A stretch of DNA of 32,000 nucleotides from Desulfobulbus propionicus DSM 2032 (GCF_000186885.1 NC_014972.1:2460001-2492000); one strand, 5' to 3'. Shown: positions 19,653 through 28,071, numbered from the stretch's first letter. Notes: generated by a model from the sequence alone, not told the origin. A program made the numbers and translations.

Positions 19653-20327
19653 GTGAAAAGCATCGAAGAAATCTTACAGGCAATCGATGACCATTCCCCG
19701 ACGATTGTCGATCTCCCAGGAAACCGTGAGGAAAGTTTCCGTTGCAAGGCCCTGTTGATCAAGAAACAAGGGCAAGTGATTGAACTGGTATGCCCTCCCC
19801 ACTCGTGGGAGGCCGATGCGCTCAAACTCGGGGCTGACTGCAACCTGGCCGTCGAGCACAACGGGAAGACGGTCAACCTGATCGCACGGCTTGACAGCAT
19901 TGTCGGCGATCGGCGCCTGCATCTCACGGCACGGGCACCCGTCTCGCCGGAATCGTTGCGAGAATATTTCCGGGTGTCGATCAATACGCCCGTGGAAGCG
20001 AGCTATATCGCCAATATCAAGGAGATAAAAGGCCGTACCTGGAAATTGGTCGGCACGACCATTGACCTCAGCGGGAGCGGCATCTTGGCGGTGTTTGATC
20101 AGAAACCGCCCAGCAACCACCGCATCCAGCTCGTCATAACCGCTCCCGAGGACGCGCCGCCTATCGTCTGCCTGGCAAACGTGGTCAGGACCTACAGAAT
20201 TCGCAAGAACCGCTATCAAGTGGCCTTTCACTTTGAAACCATTTCCACCAAAACCAGGGATCAGATCATCTCCTGCTGTCTTCACGAGCAACGGCGGCAG
20301 CTGAGGGAAAATGCTCGCGTGGCCTGA
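19653..20327 (+). CDS. PilZ domain protein (2), probable GTG start
   Basis: REYFRVSINTPVEAS and TIDLSGSGIL PilZ motifs; start VKSIEEILQAIDDHSPT. Confidence 0.82.
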   Translation: MKSIEEILQAIDDHSPTIVDLPGNREESFRCKALLIKKQGQVIELVCPPHSWEADALKLGADCNLAVEHNGKTVNLIARLDSIVGDRRLHLTARAPVSPESLREYFRVSINTPVEASYIANIKEIKGRTWKLVGTTIDLSGSGILAVFDQKPPSNHRIQLVITAPEDAPPIVCLANVVRTYRIRKNRYQVAFHFETISTKTRDQIISCCLHEQRRQLRENARVA

Positions 20328-20433
20328 CCGCAGCGCCCCATTGTTCCCGGCTTCGCCCGGATGCAACGAGCTCTGGTACATGGCTGCCACCGTGGTGGAA
20401 GCAAAGTAACCGGATCAACACGCGCGAGGAATT

Positions 20434-21945
20434 GTGGAGCCATTGACGCTGATCACTGAAATACACTCTCTCTCGCCGGTTGATCAATTTGGTGGTCAGC
20501 ACCAGCGCCCTCCGTTCACCTCAGGCCAATTTCTCCAGGGGACCATCACCGCTCAACAGGGGCCTCACCACTTCACGCTCGATATTGGTGGACGGCAACT
20601 GGCCACCGAATCATCCGCGCCCCTGCAGGTCGGGCAGAAACTTGACTTGCAGGTTACGTCGCTGGTGCCGCAGGTGGAACTGCGGATCATCCCCAGCAAT
20701 CCGCTCACCCAGCAAATCAGCAGCGCTCTCCACCTGCTGGGGCAGGTGGCCACAACGGTGCCGCAGCTCGACAACCTGGCCCAGGAGGCCCGGCAGTTGC
20801 CTCAACTCAGTCCAACCGCCCGTGAAACGCTGCAATTGTTCAGCGACAGCCTCATCAGTCGTGCGGAACAGCACGCCTCTCCCCCCCTCCCCCTCGCCGC
20901 CCAGCTGTTCGACACCGCGCTGACAACCGCCACGGCACCCCCTGGCACACGCACCGACACGCCAACCCAATTCAATGAGATCAGCCGCATCCTGCTTCAG
21001 CTGGCGGGCAGCGGCTCGCTCTCGCCGCAAGCTGTCGAACGGGCGGTCAATCTCGCCGCCTTGTTCGCGCGCGCCGCCGCCCCGCAAGCGGCGTCACCGT
21101 TTTCTTCCCTGGAAACGGCGACGCTCGCCGCGCTTCCCCCCGCGATCGCCGAGCAATTCCTGGGAAAATGGACCACCATCCCGCCTCAGGATCCCGGGCT
21201 TGCCGCGCTGCTGTCCCAGGCTCCGCTGTCGCCCCAATCGGGGCAAGCACTCGCCGAGAACCATCCCTTGCGGCAGCTGTTCGCCTTCCTGGCCGCGGAA
21301 AGCGGCAAGGAACCGGCGGCAGCCGCACGCCTCGACCTGAGCGGGCAGCAAGTCGAAACCGTGCTCAAGCGCCTCGGATTGCAGATGGAGCGCCTGTTCG
21401 CGGAGAACCGACCGCACGAGGCCGTGCAAACCCTGAAGTACGCCTTGCTGGAAATGTCGCAGCAGGCAAACGCAACGGAGGCGAGCGCCCTGCACGCGGA
21501 TCAGCTGGTTAAAACAATCGAACTGTATCAGATGCTCCAGATCCGTTTGGCCGGGGAATCGCTCTTTTTCATGCCCCTGCCCTTTTCCTTTCTCACCCAA
21601 GGCTATCTGCTGATTGACAGCGAACAGCCGGGAAATCAGGCATCGAAAAAAGGGGGCCTAGCATCGACCGACGCGCATCATGTCACGCTCCATCTGCAAC
21701 TCGAGGGGCTGGGTAACCTGGAAATTGACATTCTTTGCGAACAGGACCGGATCGCCTTGAAATTCCTAGCCGAGGATGTGGAGCGCGCGAAATATATCCA
21801 GGGATTCCGGGGAGAACTCGAACAATGGCTGACCGCCGGCCGCCTGGATTCGGTACAGTTCCTGGTCGGGGCCAAGGAACCGACCAAACTGCTCCTGGAA
21901 AAACTGGTCCATGGGCTCACCGGCATGGTTGACACCACGGCCTGA
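20434..21945 (+). CDS. FliK-like (hook-length control C-terminal domain) protein
   Basis: 503 aa, Q/P/A-rich N-terminal region and C-terminal HVTLHLQLEGLGNLEIDILCEQDRIALKFLAEDVERAKYIQG; followed by an FlhB-C-like gene. Confidence 0.65.
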   Translation: MEPLTLITEIHSLSPVDQFGGQHQRPPFTSGQFLQGTITAQQGPHHFTLDIGGRQLATESSAPLQVGQKLDLQVTSLVPQVELRIIPSNPLTQQISSALHLLGQVATTVPQLDNLAQEARQLPQLSPTARETLQLFSDSLISRAEQHASPPLPLAAQLFDTALTTATAPPGTRTDTPTQFNEISRILLQLAGSGSLSPQAVERAVNLAALFARAAAPQAASPFSSLETATLAALPPAIAEQFLGKWTTIPPQDPGLAALLSQAPLSPQSGQALAENHPLRQLFAFLAAESGKEPAAAARLDLSGQQVETVLKRLGLQMERLFAENRPHEAVQTLKYALLEMSQQANATEASALHADQLVKTIELYQMLQIRLAGESLFFMPLPFSFLTQGYLLIDSEQPGNQASKKGGLASTDAHHVTLHLQLEGLGNLEIDILCEQDRIALKFLAEDVERAKYIQGFRGELEQWLTAGRLDSVQFLVGAKEPTKLLLEKLVHGLTGMVDTTA

Positions 21946-21966
21946 AACGCGAGAAGGAAGGATTGC

Positions 21967-22275
21967 ATGGCCGACGACCAGCGCACGGCAAAAAAGGCGG
22001 TTGCCCTGCTCTATGACCAGGACAAGGGAACGGCTCCGAAGGTTATCGCCAGCGGCTCCAACCTGATCGCCGAGAAGATCATCGCCACGGCGATGGAAGC
22101 CGGGGTACATATCCGCGAAGACAAGGATTTGGTCGAATTGTTGGCGAAAATCCCCCTTGGCCAGGAAATTCCGGTTGAACTCTACCAGACCATCGCCGAA
22201 GTCCTGGCCTTTGTCTATTCGGTCAACGGTACCTACAAAAACAAAAGCAACCCGACGACGCAACAGGGGCAATAG
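21967..22275 (+). CDS. Stand-alone FlhB cytoplasmic-domain-like protein (EscU/YscU/HrcU superfamily)
   Basis: KKAVALLYDQDKGTAPKVIASGSNLIAEKIIATAMEAGVHIREDKDLVELLAKIPLGQEIPVELYQTIAEVLAFVY. Confidence 0.85.
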   Translation: MADDQRTAKKAVALLYDQDKGTAPKVIASGSNLIAEKIIATAMEAGVHIREDKDLVELLAKIPLGQEIPVELYQTIAEVLAFVYSVNGTYKNKSNPTTQQGQ

Positions 22276-22389
22276 ACTGCATCGGTTGCTCGGCAAAAAC
22301 ACGCTGTCCCTGCCCCGCCATTTCGCTGTTCAACCGTTTTCCCCGTGGCGGGAAACGGTCAATCATCCATCCACAAGGAGGAACGTCCG

Positions 22390-22683
22390 ATGAGAAAGAT
22401 GCTTATCTTTGGCGCAGTATCCCTCTTTACCCTCACCGTTGTCTCGCTCGGCACGGGCCAGGAGGCGACCGAACAAGGCTGCCGGCAGACCCTGCAAGCC
22501 AACTGCACCACCTGCCACGGCCTGAAAAAAATCTGCAACAAGCTCGATCAACAGGATGCGGACTGGAAGAAGATCGTCGCCAACATGGGACAAAAAGGCA
22601 ATCTCAGCCAGGAGGTGCAGGACACGGTCGTGACCTGTTTGACCACCACCAAGGAACCGAAAAAATTGGTCTGCGGCCAATAG
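22390..22683 (+). CDS. Small secreted monoheme c-type cytochrome-like protein
   Basis: RBS aaggagg; signal peptide MRKMLIFGAVSLFTLTVVSLGTG; one heme motif CTTCH. Confidence 0.75.
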   Translation: MRKMLIFGAVSLFTLTVVSLGTGQEATEQGCRQTLQANCTTCHGLKKICNKLDQQDADWKKIVANMGQKGNLSQEVQDTVVTCLTTTKEPKKLVCGQ

Positions 22684-22756
22684 GAACACCAACCGTTCCA
22701 TCCGCCGATGTTCTTCCGCGGGTGGCTGCCAACAGGGACATCGAGCACGATGTCCC

Positions 22757-23362
22757 TTATTTTTTGCTCCGCGATAATCCGACCTTTCTTTTTTTCCGTT
22801 TCTTTTCCACGGAAAATCCGAATTTTCCGATCTTTTTTCCCAGGGAAAAATATTGGCCGTGGGCAAACACCAGCGGTTCCGCCTTGGTCAGATCAAAGGC
22901 GCCGGTGCGGGGATCGAGGTAGCGCTCATCGGCCTTGACGTTGACCACCTCGGCAATGAACATGTCATGGGTCCCCAACCGCTTGATCTCGGTGACCCGG
23001 CACTCGATATTGATCGGCGCCTCGACGATGATCGGTGCCTTGATCACCGTGGCCGGGCCAGGGGTCAAATGCATTTCCTCGAATTTTTGATACTGACGCC
23101 CCGACCTCACCCCACACCAGTCGGTGGCGAAGGCCAGGGGCCGGGTGGTGAGGTTGATGACAAACTCGCGGGTCCGCCGCAGAATCTCGTACGAATGCCG
23201 CTGCGGTCGAACCGAGATGTAGCACATCGGCGGGTCGGAACAGAGGGTGCCGGTCCAGGCGATGGTGATGATATTGTACTCCTCGGCCGTCTCTCCCAGG
23301 CTGACCATGACCGCAGGCAGCGGATAGATCATGGTGCCGGGTTTCCAATCGACTTTTGTCAT
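22757..23362 (-). CDS. Flavin reductase-like FMN-binding protein
   Basis: NIITIAWTGTLCSDPPMCYISVRPQRHSYEILRRTREFVINLTT. Confidence 0.85.
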   Translation of the reverse strand: MTKVDWKPGTMIYPLPAVMVSLGETAEEYNIITIAWTGTLCSDPPMCYISVRPQRHSYEILRRTREFVINLTTRPLAFATDWCGVRSGRQYQKFEEMHLTPGPATVIKAPIIVEAPINIECRVTEIKRLGTHDMFIAEVVNVKADERYLDPRTGAFDLTKAEPLVFAHGQYFSLGKKIGKFGFSVEKKRKKRKVGLSRSKK

Positions 23363-23403
23363 ATCGTTCCGTTTTCACAACGTGTAGCACGCGCCGGCAG
23401 CGC

Positions 23404-24807
23404 TCAAGAGCGGCGCAGCCGGCCACGAAACATGGAAAAATAGACCCCTGCCCCGCACAGCACGGCCGAAAGAGCGAAGACGGTGCGGATACTGAGCAGA
23501 AAATGGGGATAGTTATCCGGGGTGAGAGTCTCGCGTCCGACCATGAGGGCCAGGACCACGGTGGCGATAGCCATGCTCACCATCTGCCCCATCAGACGCA
23601 TGGTGGCCACCACGCCCGAGGCAATGCCGTACTGTTCCTTGGCCACCGATCCCATGATGGCGCTCATGTTCGGCGAGGAGAACAGGGCAAAGCCAAAACC
23701 GAGCAGTAGCAGGGTGGCGGCAATGGCCGGCGTGGGCGTGGCGGCGTGCAACTGGGTGAACACCAGCATTCCGGCCACGGTGATCGCCATGCCGGCGGAG
23801 GCCAGCAAGCGGGGTTCGACCCGGTCCGAAAGCCGGCCGGCAATGGGCGAGAAGAGGGCCATGACCACCGGTTGAGCCATGAGAATCGTGCCGGCCGTCT
23901 GCGGCGGCATGCCCTTGAGATACTGCAGGTACAGACTGAGGAGAAAGGTGACCGCGAAGGTGGCCGAGTAGTTGAGCAGGGCCGCCAGGCTGGAAAAGGC
24001 AAACACCCGGTTTTCGCGGAACAGCGACACGTCGAACACCGGATGCGCGCTCTGCCGCTGCTGGTGGAAAAAAAAGGCCAACGCGCCCACGCCGGTCAGC
24101 ACCAGGATGCCGCCAGGCAAACTTGGCAGAATGGAGGCGCCGTAGATCAGGGCAAGGATTGCCGCCGCATAGATCACGCTGCCGAGCACGTCGAGGCGTT
24201 GCTCGCGCGGATCGGCCCATTCTCCCTTGAGAAAGGTTAGGGTCACGGTAATGGAGACGGCGCCCAGGGGCAGCATGATCAGAAAAATGGAGCGCCAGCC
24301 AAACTGCTGGGTGAGGATGCCGCCGACAAATGGACCGACCGAAAGCCCGACGTACACCGCCGCCACATAGATGCCGATCGCCCGGCCACGTCGGTGCGGA
24401 GGAAAGATCGAGGTCAGGATAGCCATGCCGGTGGTGATGAACATGCCGGCGCCCAGCCCCTGCATGGCCCGGAACACCAACAGCCAGGTGACGTTGCCGG
24501 CAAAGGCGGCCAGGGTCGAAGCCAGGGTGTACGTGGCCAATCCGCTGGTGAACACCTTTTTCCTGCCGCGCATATCGGCGATCTTGCCGACCGGCAGCAG
24601 GACAACAGCGACCGCCAGCAGATAGGCGGTGGCGATCCAGCTCAGCTGCACCGCGTTCATGCTCAGATCGGCCTGAATGGCCGGCAGGGCCACATTCACC
24701 GAGGAAATCATGAACGGCCCAAGAAACGAGGTCAGGGTGGCGACAAACAGCGCTGAACGTTCCAGGGACGAGACCTGCGGTGCCGGTTCACGGGAAGAAG
24801 AAGACAT
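23404..24807 (-). CDS. MFS transporter, DHA2 (14-TMS) drug exporter-like
   Basis: LGPFMISSVNVALPAIQADLSMNAVQLSWIATAYLLAVAVVLLPVGKIADMRGRKKVF; many hydrophobic helices. Confidence 0.88.
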   Translation of the reverse strand: MSSSSREPAPQVSSLERSALFVATLTSFLGPFMISSVNVALPAIQADLSMNAVQLSWIATAYLLAVAVVLLPVGKIADMRGRKKVFTSGLATYTLASTLAAFAGNVTWLLVFRAMQGLGAGMFITTGMAILTSIFPPHRRGRAIGIYVAAVYVGLSVGPFVGGILTQQFGWRSIFLIMLPLGAVSITVTLTFLKGEWADPREQRLDVLGSVIYAAAILALIYGASILPSLPGGILVLTGVGALAFFFHQQRQSAHPVFDVSLFRENRVFAFSSLAALLNYSATFAVTFLLSLYLQYLKGMPPQTAGTILMAQPVVMALFSPIAGRLSDRVEPRLLASAGMAITVAGMLVFTQLHAATPTPAIAATLLLLGFGFALFSSPNMSAIMGSVAKEQYGIASGVVATMRLMGQMVSMAIATVVLALMVGRETLTPDNYPHFLLSIRTVFALSAVLCGAGVYFSMFRGRLRRS

Positions 24808-24822
24808 GCGTTGGGTGCCGGC

Positions 24823-25326
24823 TTACTTGTTGTGCCCTTTGCCTTTTCCCTGTCCCTGGCCAGCTTCTTTACCATGCCCTTGACCGCCTTCTTTTCCCTT
24901 GCCCCGTGCATGGCTAGGTGCGCCGGGTTCCCTGCCAGGAGCATCCATGAGCACGAAATCGCCGCGTTTGAGCGCATGAAATTCGGCCGAACCCGGCTTG
25001 ATGCCCAACTCCTTGGCAACCACGCCCCACCCTCTGCCCCTGTTGGCGCTATACGTCCGCAGCACCTGCTCGGGCGGAAGACCCAGCATCTGGCCAAGTT
25101 GTAGACACATGAAGGCGTCGGCGGGTACGGCAACCGATCTGAGCAGGGAATGGACCCGCGTCTCGGGCACACCGAATTGGGCGCTCAGACGCACCCCATA
25201 ACCATCGATATCTGTCCGGGCCTGGCCGTTGAGGCCGGCGAGAAATCCGTCCAGATCGGCATGCGCCGCGGCAGGCAGGGTGAGCACGACAACGAGGAGC
25301 ATCATCAGCAAACAACGAAAGTTCAT
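24823..25326 (-). CDS. Secreted hypothetical protein with G/K/H/Q-rich tail
   Basis: Signal peptide MNFRCLLMMLLVVVLTLPAAAHA; C-terminus ARGKGKEGGQGHGKEAGQGQGKGKGHNK. Confidence 0.7.
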   Translation of the reverse strand: MNFRCLLMMLLVVVLTLPAAAHADLDGFLAGLNGQARTDIDGYGVRLSAQFGVPETRVHSLLRSVAVPADAFMCLQLGQMLGLPPEQVLRTYSANRGRGWGVVAKELGIKPGSAEFHALKRGDFVLMDAPGREPGAPSHARGKGKEGGQGHGKEAGQGQGKGKGHNK

Positions 25327-25621
25327 ATAACCTCCTTCAATGATGGTGGACGCACGGGCCGGGCAATGAGCGGCTCGCACAGCGTGCATGTTGAACATGT
25401 CAGCCGGAACGATCGGCCGGGTGCAGATGCGCACCATACCACGCCTTTCCGGGAATGTCTGGTCAAGATTGCGGCCGACGATGCGCTGGGAGCAGGCGAA
25501 CAGAAAGCCGACTCGTTCGGCCTCGGACTTGAAATCGCGGCGGCCGTAGGCCAGATCCACCGCCCGATCAGAAAATATGCGGGAATCGCTGAGGGCAAAA
25601 CCGTGTCCCCACACATGGTGA

Positions 25622-25646
25622 TTTGTCCCCAAATCATGGGGACAAA
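25622..25646. repeat. Perfect 9-bp inverted repeat TTTGTCCCC-AAATCAT-GGGGACAAA
   Basis: Read directly; a further TGTCCCCA direct copy lies at 25604-25611, 20 bp upstream of the copy at 25624. Confidence 0.85.
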
Positions 25647-25759
25647 ATAAGGCAAAGAAAAAGGCGGTTCAAGCAAACTGGAACGGAATTTGTCTTGGTT
25701 CAACAGGAATAGGACAATCCTGCCGTTTATGATAAACCATCATGAACGGAGGGAAGTCC

Positions 25760-26068
25760 ATGCGAAAGAAGCGTCACAACTACAGCCCTGAAGAGAAGGT
25801 CTTTATCCTGAAACGGCACTTGGTTGGCCGAGAGGCGGTTTCGGATTTGTGCGACGAATACCAATTGCAGCCGAAGATTTTTTACGATTGGCAGAAGCAG
25901 TTCTTTGAAAAAGGGGCTTCAGCGTTTGCCCGTGAAGGAAAGAGCAAACAGCAGGCGGAGGAGAAGCGCATTCGTGAGCTTGAGGAGAAATTGCGCCGGA
26001 AACATGAAGTGCTTTCGGAACTGCTGGAGGAGCATATCCAGTTAAAAAAAGAACTTGGGGAGCTCTGA
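25760..26068 (+). CDS. IS3-family transposase OrfA (HTH)
   Basis: MRKKRHNYSPEEKVFILKRHLVGREAVSDLCDEYQLQPKIFYDWQKQFF...; RBS-like ggaggg upstream. Confidence 0.9.
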   Translation: MRKKRHNYSPEEKVFILKRHLVGREAVSDLCDEYQLQPKIFYDWQKQFFEKGASAFAREGKSKQQAEEKRIRELEEKLRRKHEVLSELLEEHIQLKKELGEL

Positions 26069-26087
26069 ATGGCGGTTGGGTTCCCCA
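26044..26087 (+). promoter_or_regulatory. Candidate programmed -1 frameshift signal between OrfA and OrfB
   Basis: A_AAA_AAA(G) in the OrfA frame (26044-26050), 5 nt spacer, then stem TGGGGA (26056-26061)/TCCCCA (26082-26087). OrfB frame is -1 relative to OrfA and stays open back through the A7. Confidence 0.7.
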
Positions 26088-26103
26088 TGACACCCGCGAT
26101 GCC

Positions 26104-27108
26104 GTGGTTGATTTCAGTCGCCGGTGGAGTGCAAAAGCAGAAATACCCACCAACAGGCTCATCGTCTGGCTTGGCGTGGCGCGGAGTAAATTTTACGCCT
26201 GGATTGGCCGTTGCGGCAAGGCAAACGAACATAACGGTCTAATCCCTCGTGACTTCTGGCTGGAGTCCTGGGAGCAGGAGGCCATCATCCGGTTTGCGCT
26301 CGATCATCCCCTGGAAGGGTATCGGCGGTTGACGTTCATGATGCTTGATCGGGACATTGTTGCCGTCAGTCCGAGTAGTACCTGGCGAGTCTTGGCCAAG
26401 GCCGGTTTGCTCAAGAAGTGGAACCGAAAAAACAGCGCCAAGGGAAATGGCTTCGTGCAACCGCTTCGTCCTCATGAACATTGGCATATCGATGTGTCAC
26501 ATCTCAATATCTGCGGCACCTTTTATTATCTATGCAGCCTGCTCGACGGCTGCAGCCGTTTCATCGTTCATTGGGAGATCCGGGAGCAGATGACGGAGCA
26601 GGATGTGGAGATCATTGTCCAACGGGCCAAGGAGAAATACCCCGAAGCCCGGCCTCGGATCATCTCCGATAACGGCCCGCAATTCATTGCCAAGGATTTC
26701 AAGGAATTCATCCGGCTCTCCGGCATGACGCACGTGCGGACATCACCGTACTATCCGCAGTCCAACGGCAAGTTGGAGCGATTTCATGCCACCATCAAGG
26801 GAGAGTGCATTCGCCCCGGCGTACCGCTTTCCCTTGACGACGCCCCGAGGATGGTGGAGAAGTTCATTGCCCACTACAACAACGTCCGGCTGCATAGCGC
26901 CATTGGCTACGTGGCTCCAGTGGACAAGCTCAGTGGCAGGGAGCAGGAAATTTTCAAAGAGCGGGACCGGAAACTGGAAGCGGCCAGAGAACTGAGGAAG
27001 ACAAAACGGCTTCGGGCGCCGTCGGCAAACCCGATGCTCTCTCAAAAAGACAATACGGCTCCTTCGGAGTCCTTACTGCAAACGGCAAGATTGTCCATTT
27101 CCAACTGA
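26104..27108 (+). CDS. IS3-family transposase OrfB (rve/DDE integrase core)
   Basis: HWHIDVSHLNICG...RIISDNGPQFIAKDFKEFI...TSPYYPQSNGKLERFHATIKGE...YNNVRLHSAIGYVAP; probably made as an OrfAB fusion. Confidence 0.93.
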   Translation: MVDFSRRWSAKAEIPTNRLIVWLGVARSKFYAWIGRCGKANEHNGLIPRDFWLESWEQEAIIRFALDHPLEGYRRLTFMMLDRDIVAVSPSSTWRVLAKAGLLKKWNRKNSAKGNGFVQPLRPHEHWHIDVSHLNICGTFYYLCSLLDGCSRFIVHWEIREQMTEQDVEIIVQRAKEKYPEARPRIISDNGPQFIAKDFKEFIRLSGMTHVRTSPYYPQSNGKLERFHATIKGECIRPGVPLSLDDAPRMVEKFIAHYNNVRLHSAIGYVAPVDKLSGREQEIFKERDRKLEAARELRKTKRLRAPSANPMLSQKDNTAPSESLLQTARLSISN

Positions 27109-27117
27109 GGCGGAACA

Positions 27118-27790
27118 AATGAAGCTTCCGTGATAACTGTCAATAGCTCGCAGCAATCGCGCCGTTTCCTCCTGGGTTGTTGGCGCTGCCATGTGCTTGA
27201 CGATTCTCGGCGCAAGATGATGTGGAGCCCCTCGGCCGGAGAGACAACAATCTTGCCAGATGGGATGGCATGACTGAAAACTTGCTTACATGACGAATAG
27301 GCTTTTCTTGCTGTAGCGCTGGATCTTGAATCGATACGCTTCAATACGATTAACAGCTCTGCGGATGTAATTTCGTCAATTTGCCTGTCACCAATGAACG
27401 GAAAAATGTCCTTCTCCAAAATGGTCAAAGTTTTCTCTCTGTGAGATGGTGACCACCCAGGGGATTTTAAAGCTATCCATTCAAGGGCAATATTTTTGAA
27501 GCTATGTTCCCCTGCGAGATTGGACTTGATGACCTTTTTCACCTCGCTGGGATCAATTCCCTGGGCAAGATGTTTTCTTGCCTCCTGATGCCTGGCCCTG
27601 GCATCTTTGAGCGAAATTTCAGGAAATACACCAAGGGCAAAGAGTTTCTCCTTTCCCCCAAATCGATATTTGAACCGCCAACGCTTCGCCCCTTTGGGGG
27701 TAACCTCCAAAAAAAGCCCCCCACCATCGAAGAGCTTTTGCGTTTTTCGGTCGGCTTAGCCTTTGAAATTGTGATATTTGTAAGCTTCAT
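27118..27790 (-). pseudogene. P4-type tyrosine recombinase/integrase remnant, frameshifted and C-terminally truncated
   Basis: Pieces in three frames: MKLTNITISKAKPTEK; KTQKLFDGGGLFLEVTPKGAKRWRFKYRFGGKEKLFALGVFPEISLKDARARHQEARKHLAQGIDP...; and APRIVKHMAAPTTQEETARLLRAIDSYHGSF. Catalytic C-terminal half absent. Confidence 0.85.
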
Positions 27791-27827
27791 GGGGGTAACC
27801 ATATCACCAATATATTAAGTTACCCCC
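27791..27827. repeat. Inverted repeat GGGGGTAAC-N19-GTTACCCCC at the integrase 5' end
   Basis: 27791-27799 and 27819-27827, perfect 9-bp arms. Confidence 0.75.
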
Positions 27828-27874
27828 ACATATTCCTTGCTGTCAATGGATTTGCATAGACACTACTAGACAAC

Positions 27875-27908
27875 AAAAAACCCGCTTTCCTTGTGAGAAA
27901 GCGGGTTT
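27875..27908 (-). terminator. Terminator downstream of tRNA-His (possibly bidirectional)
   Basis: AAACCCGCTTTC (27878-27889)/GAAAGCGGGTTT (27897-27908), 12 bp stem; A-run at 27875-27880 gives a U-tract for minus-strand transcription. Confidence 0.75.
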
Positions 27909-27941
27909 ATTGATTTCTTTGGACTGCTTTAGACAAATGAA

Positions 27942-28019
27942 TGGGGTGAACGATGGGACTTGAACCCACGACCTCCGAGGCCACAACCCGGTGCTGCCAC
28001 CAGCTGAGCTACGTTCACC
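27942..28019 (-). tRNA. tRNA-His (anticodon GTG), CCA encoded, G-1 present
   Basis: Minus strand GGTGAACGTAGCTCAGCTGGTGGCAGCACCGGGTTGTGGCCTCGGAGGTCGTGGGTTCAAGTCCCATCGTTCACCCCA; acceptor GTGAACG/CGTTCAC, anticodon loop TTGTGGC, T-loop TTCAAGT. Confidence 0.95.
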
Positions 28020-28071
28020 ACGCAAACGTGCGCTTATATACACGCACGGTGTCGTTTTGGCAAGGAGAAAG

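Larger units (their letters stand above)
25679..27103 (+). mobile_element. IS3-family insertion sequence (exact ends not resolved)
   Basis: OrfA + DDE OrfB in overlapping frames; imperfect terminal matches TGGAACGGAATTTGTC (25679-25694) and, on the other strand, TGGAAATGGACAATC (27103-27089). The right end may instead lie near 27113-27117, where the integrase homology stops. Confidence 0.8.

Noticed and set aside
25679-27103. Target-site duplication of the IS3 element
   Set aside because: Flanks AAC (left) and ACT (right) do not match, and the right boundary is ambiguous against the integrase homology break, so no duplication is claimed.
27942-28019. attR copy of the tRNA-His 3' end elsewhere in the window
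   Set aside because: By eye no second GTTCACCCCA-type segment was found between 24.8 and 27.8 kb; the island end may be deleted or outside the window.
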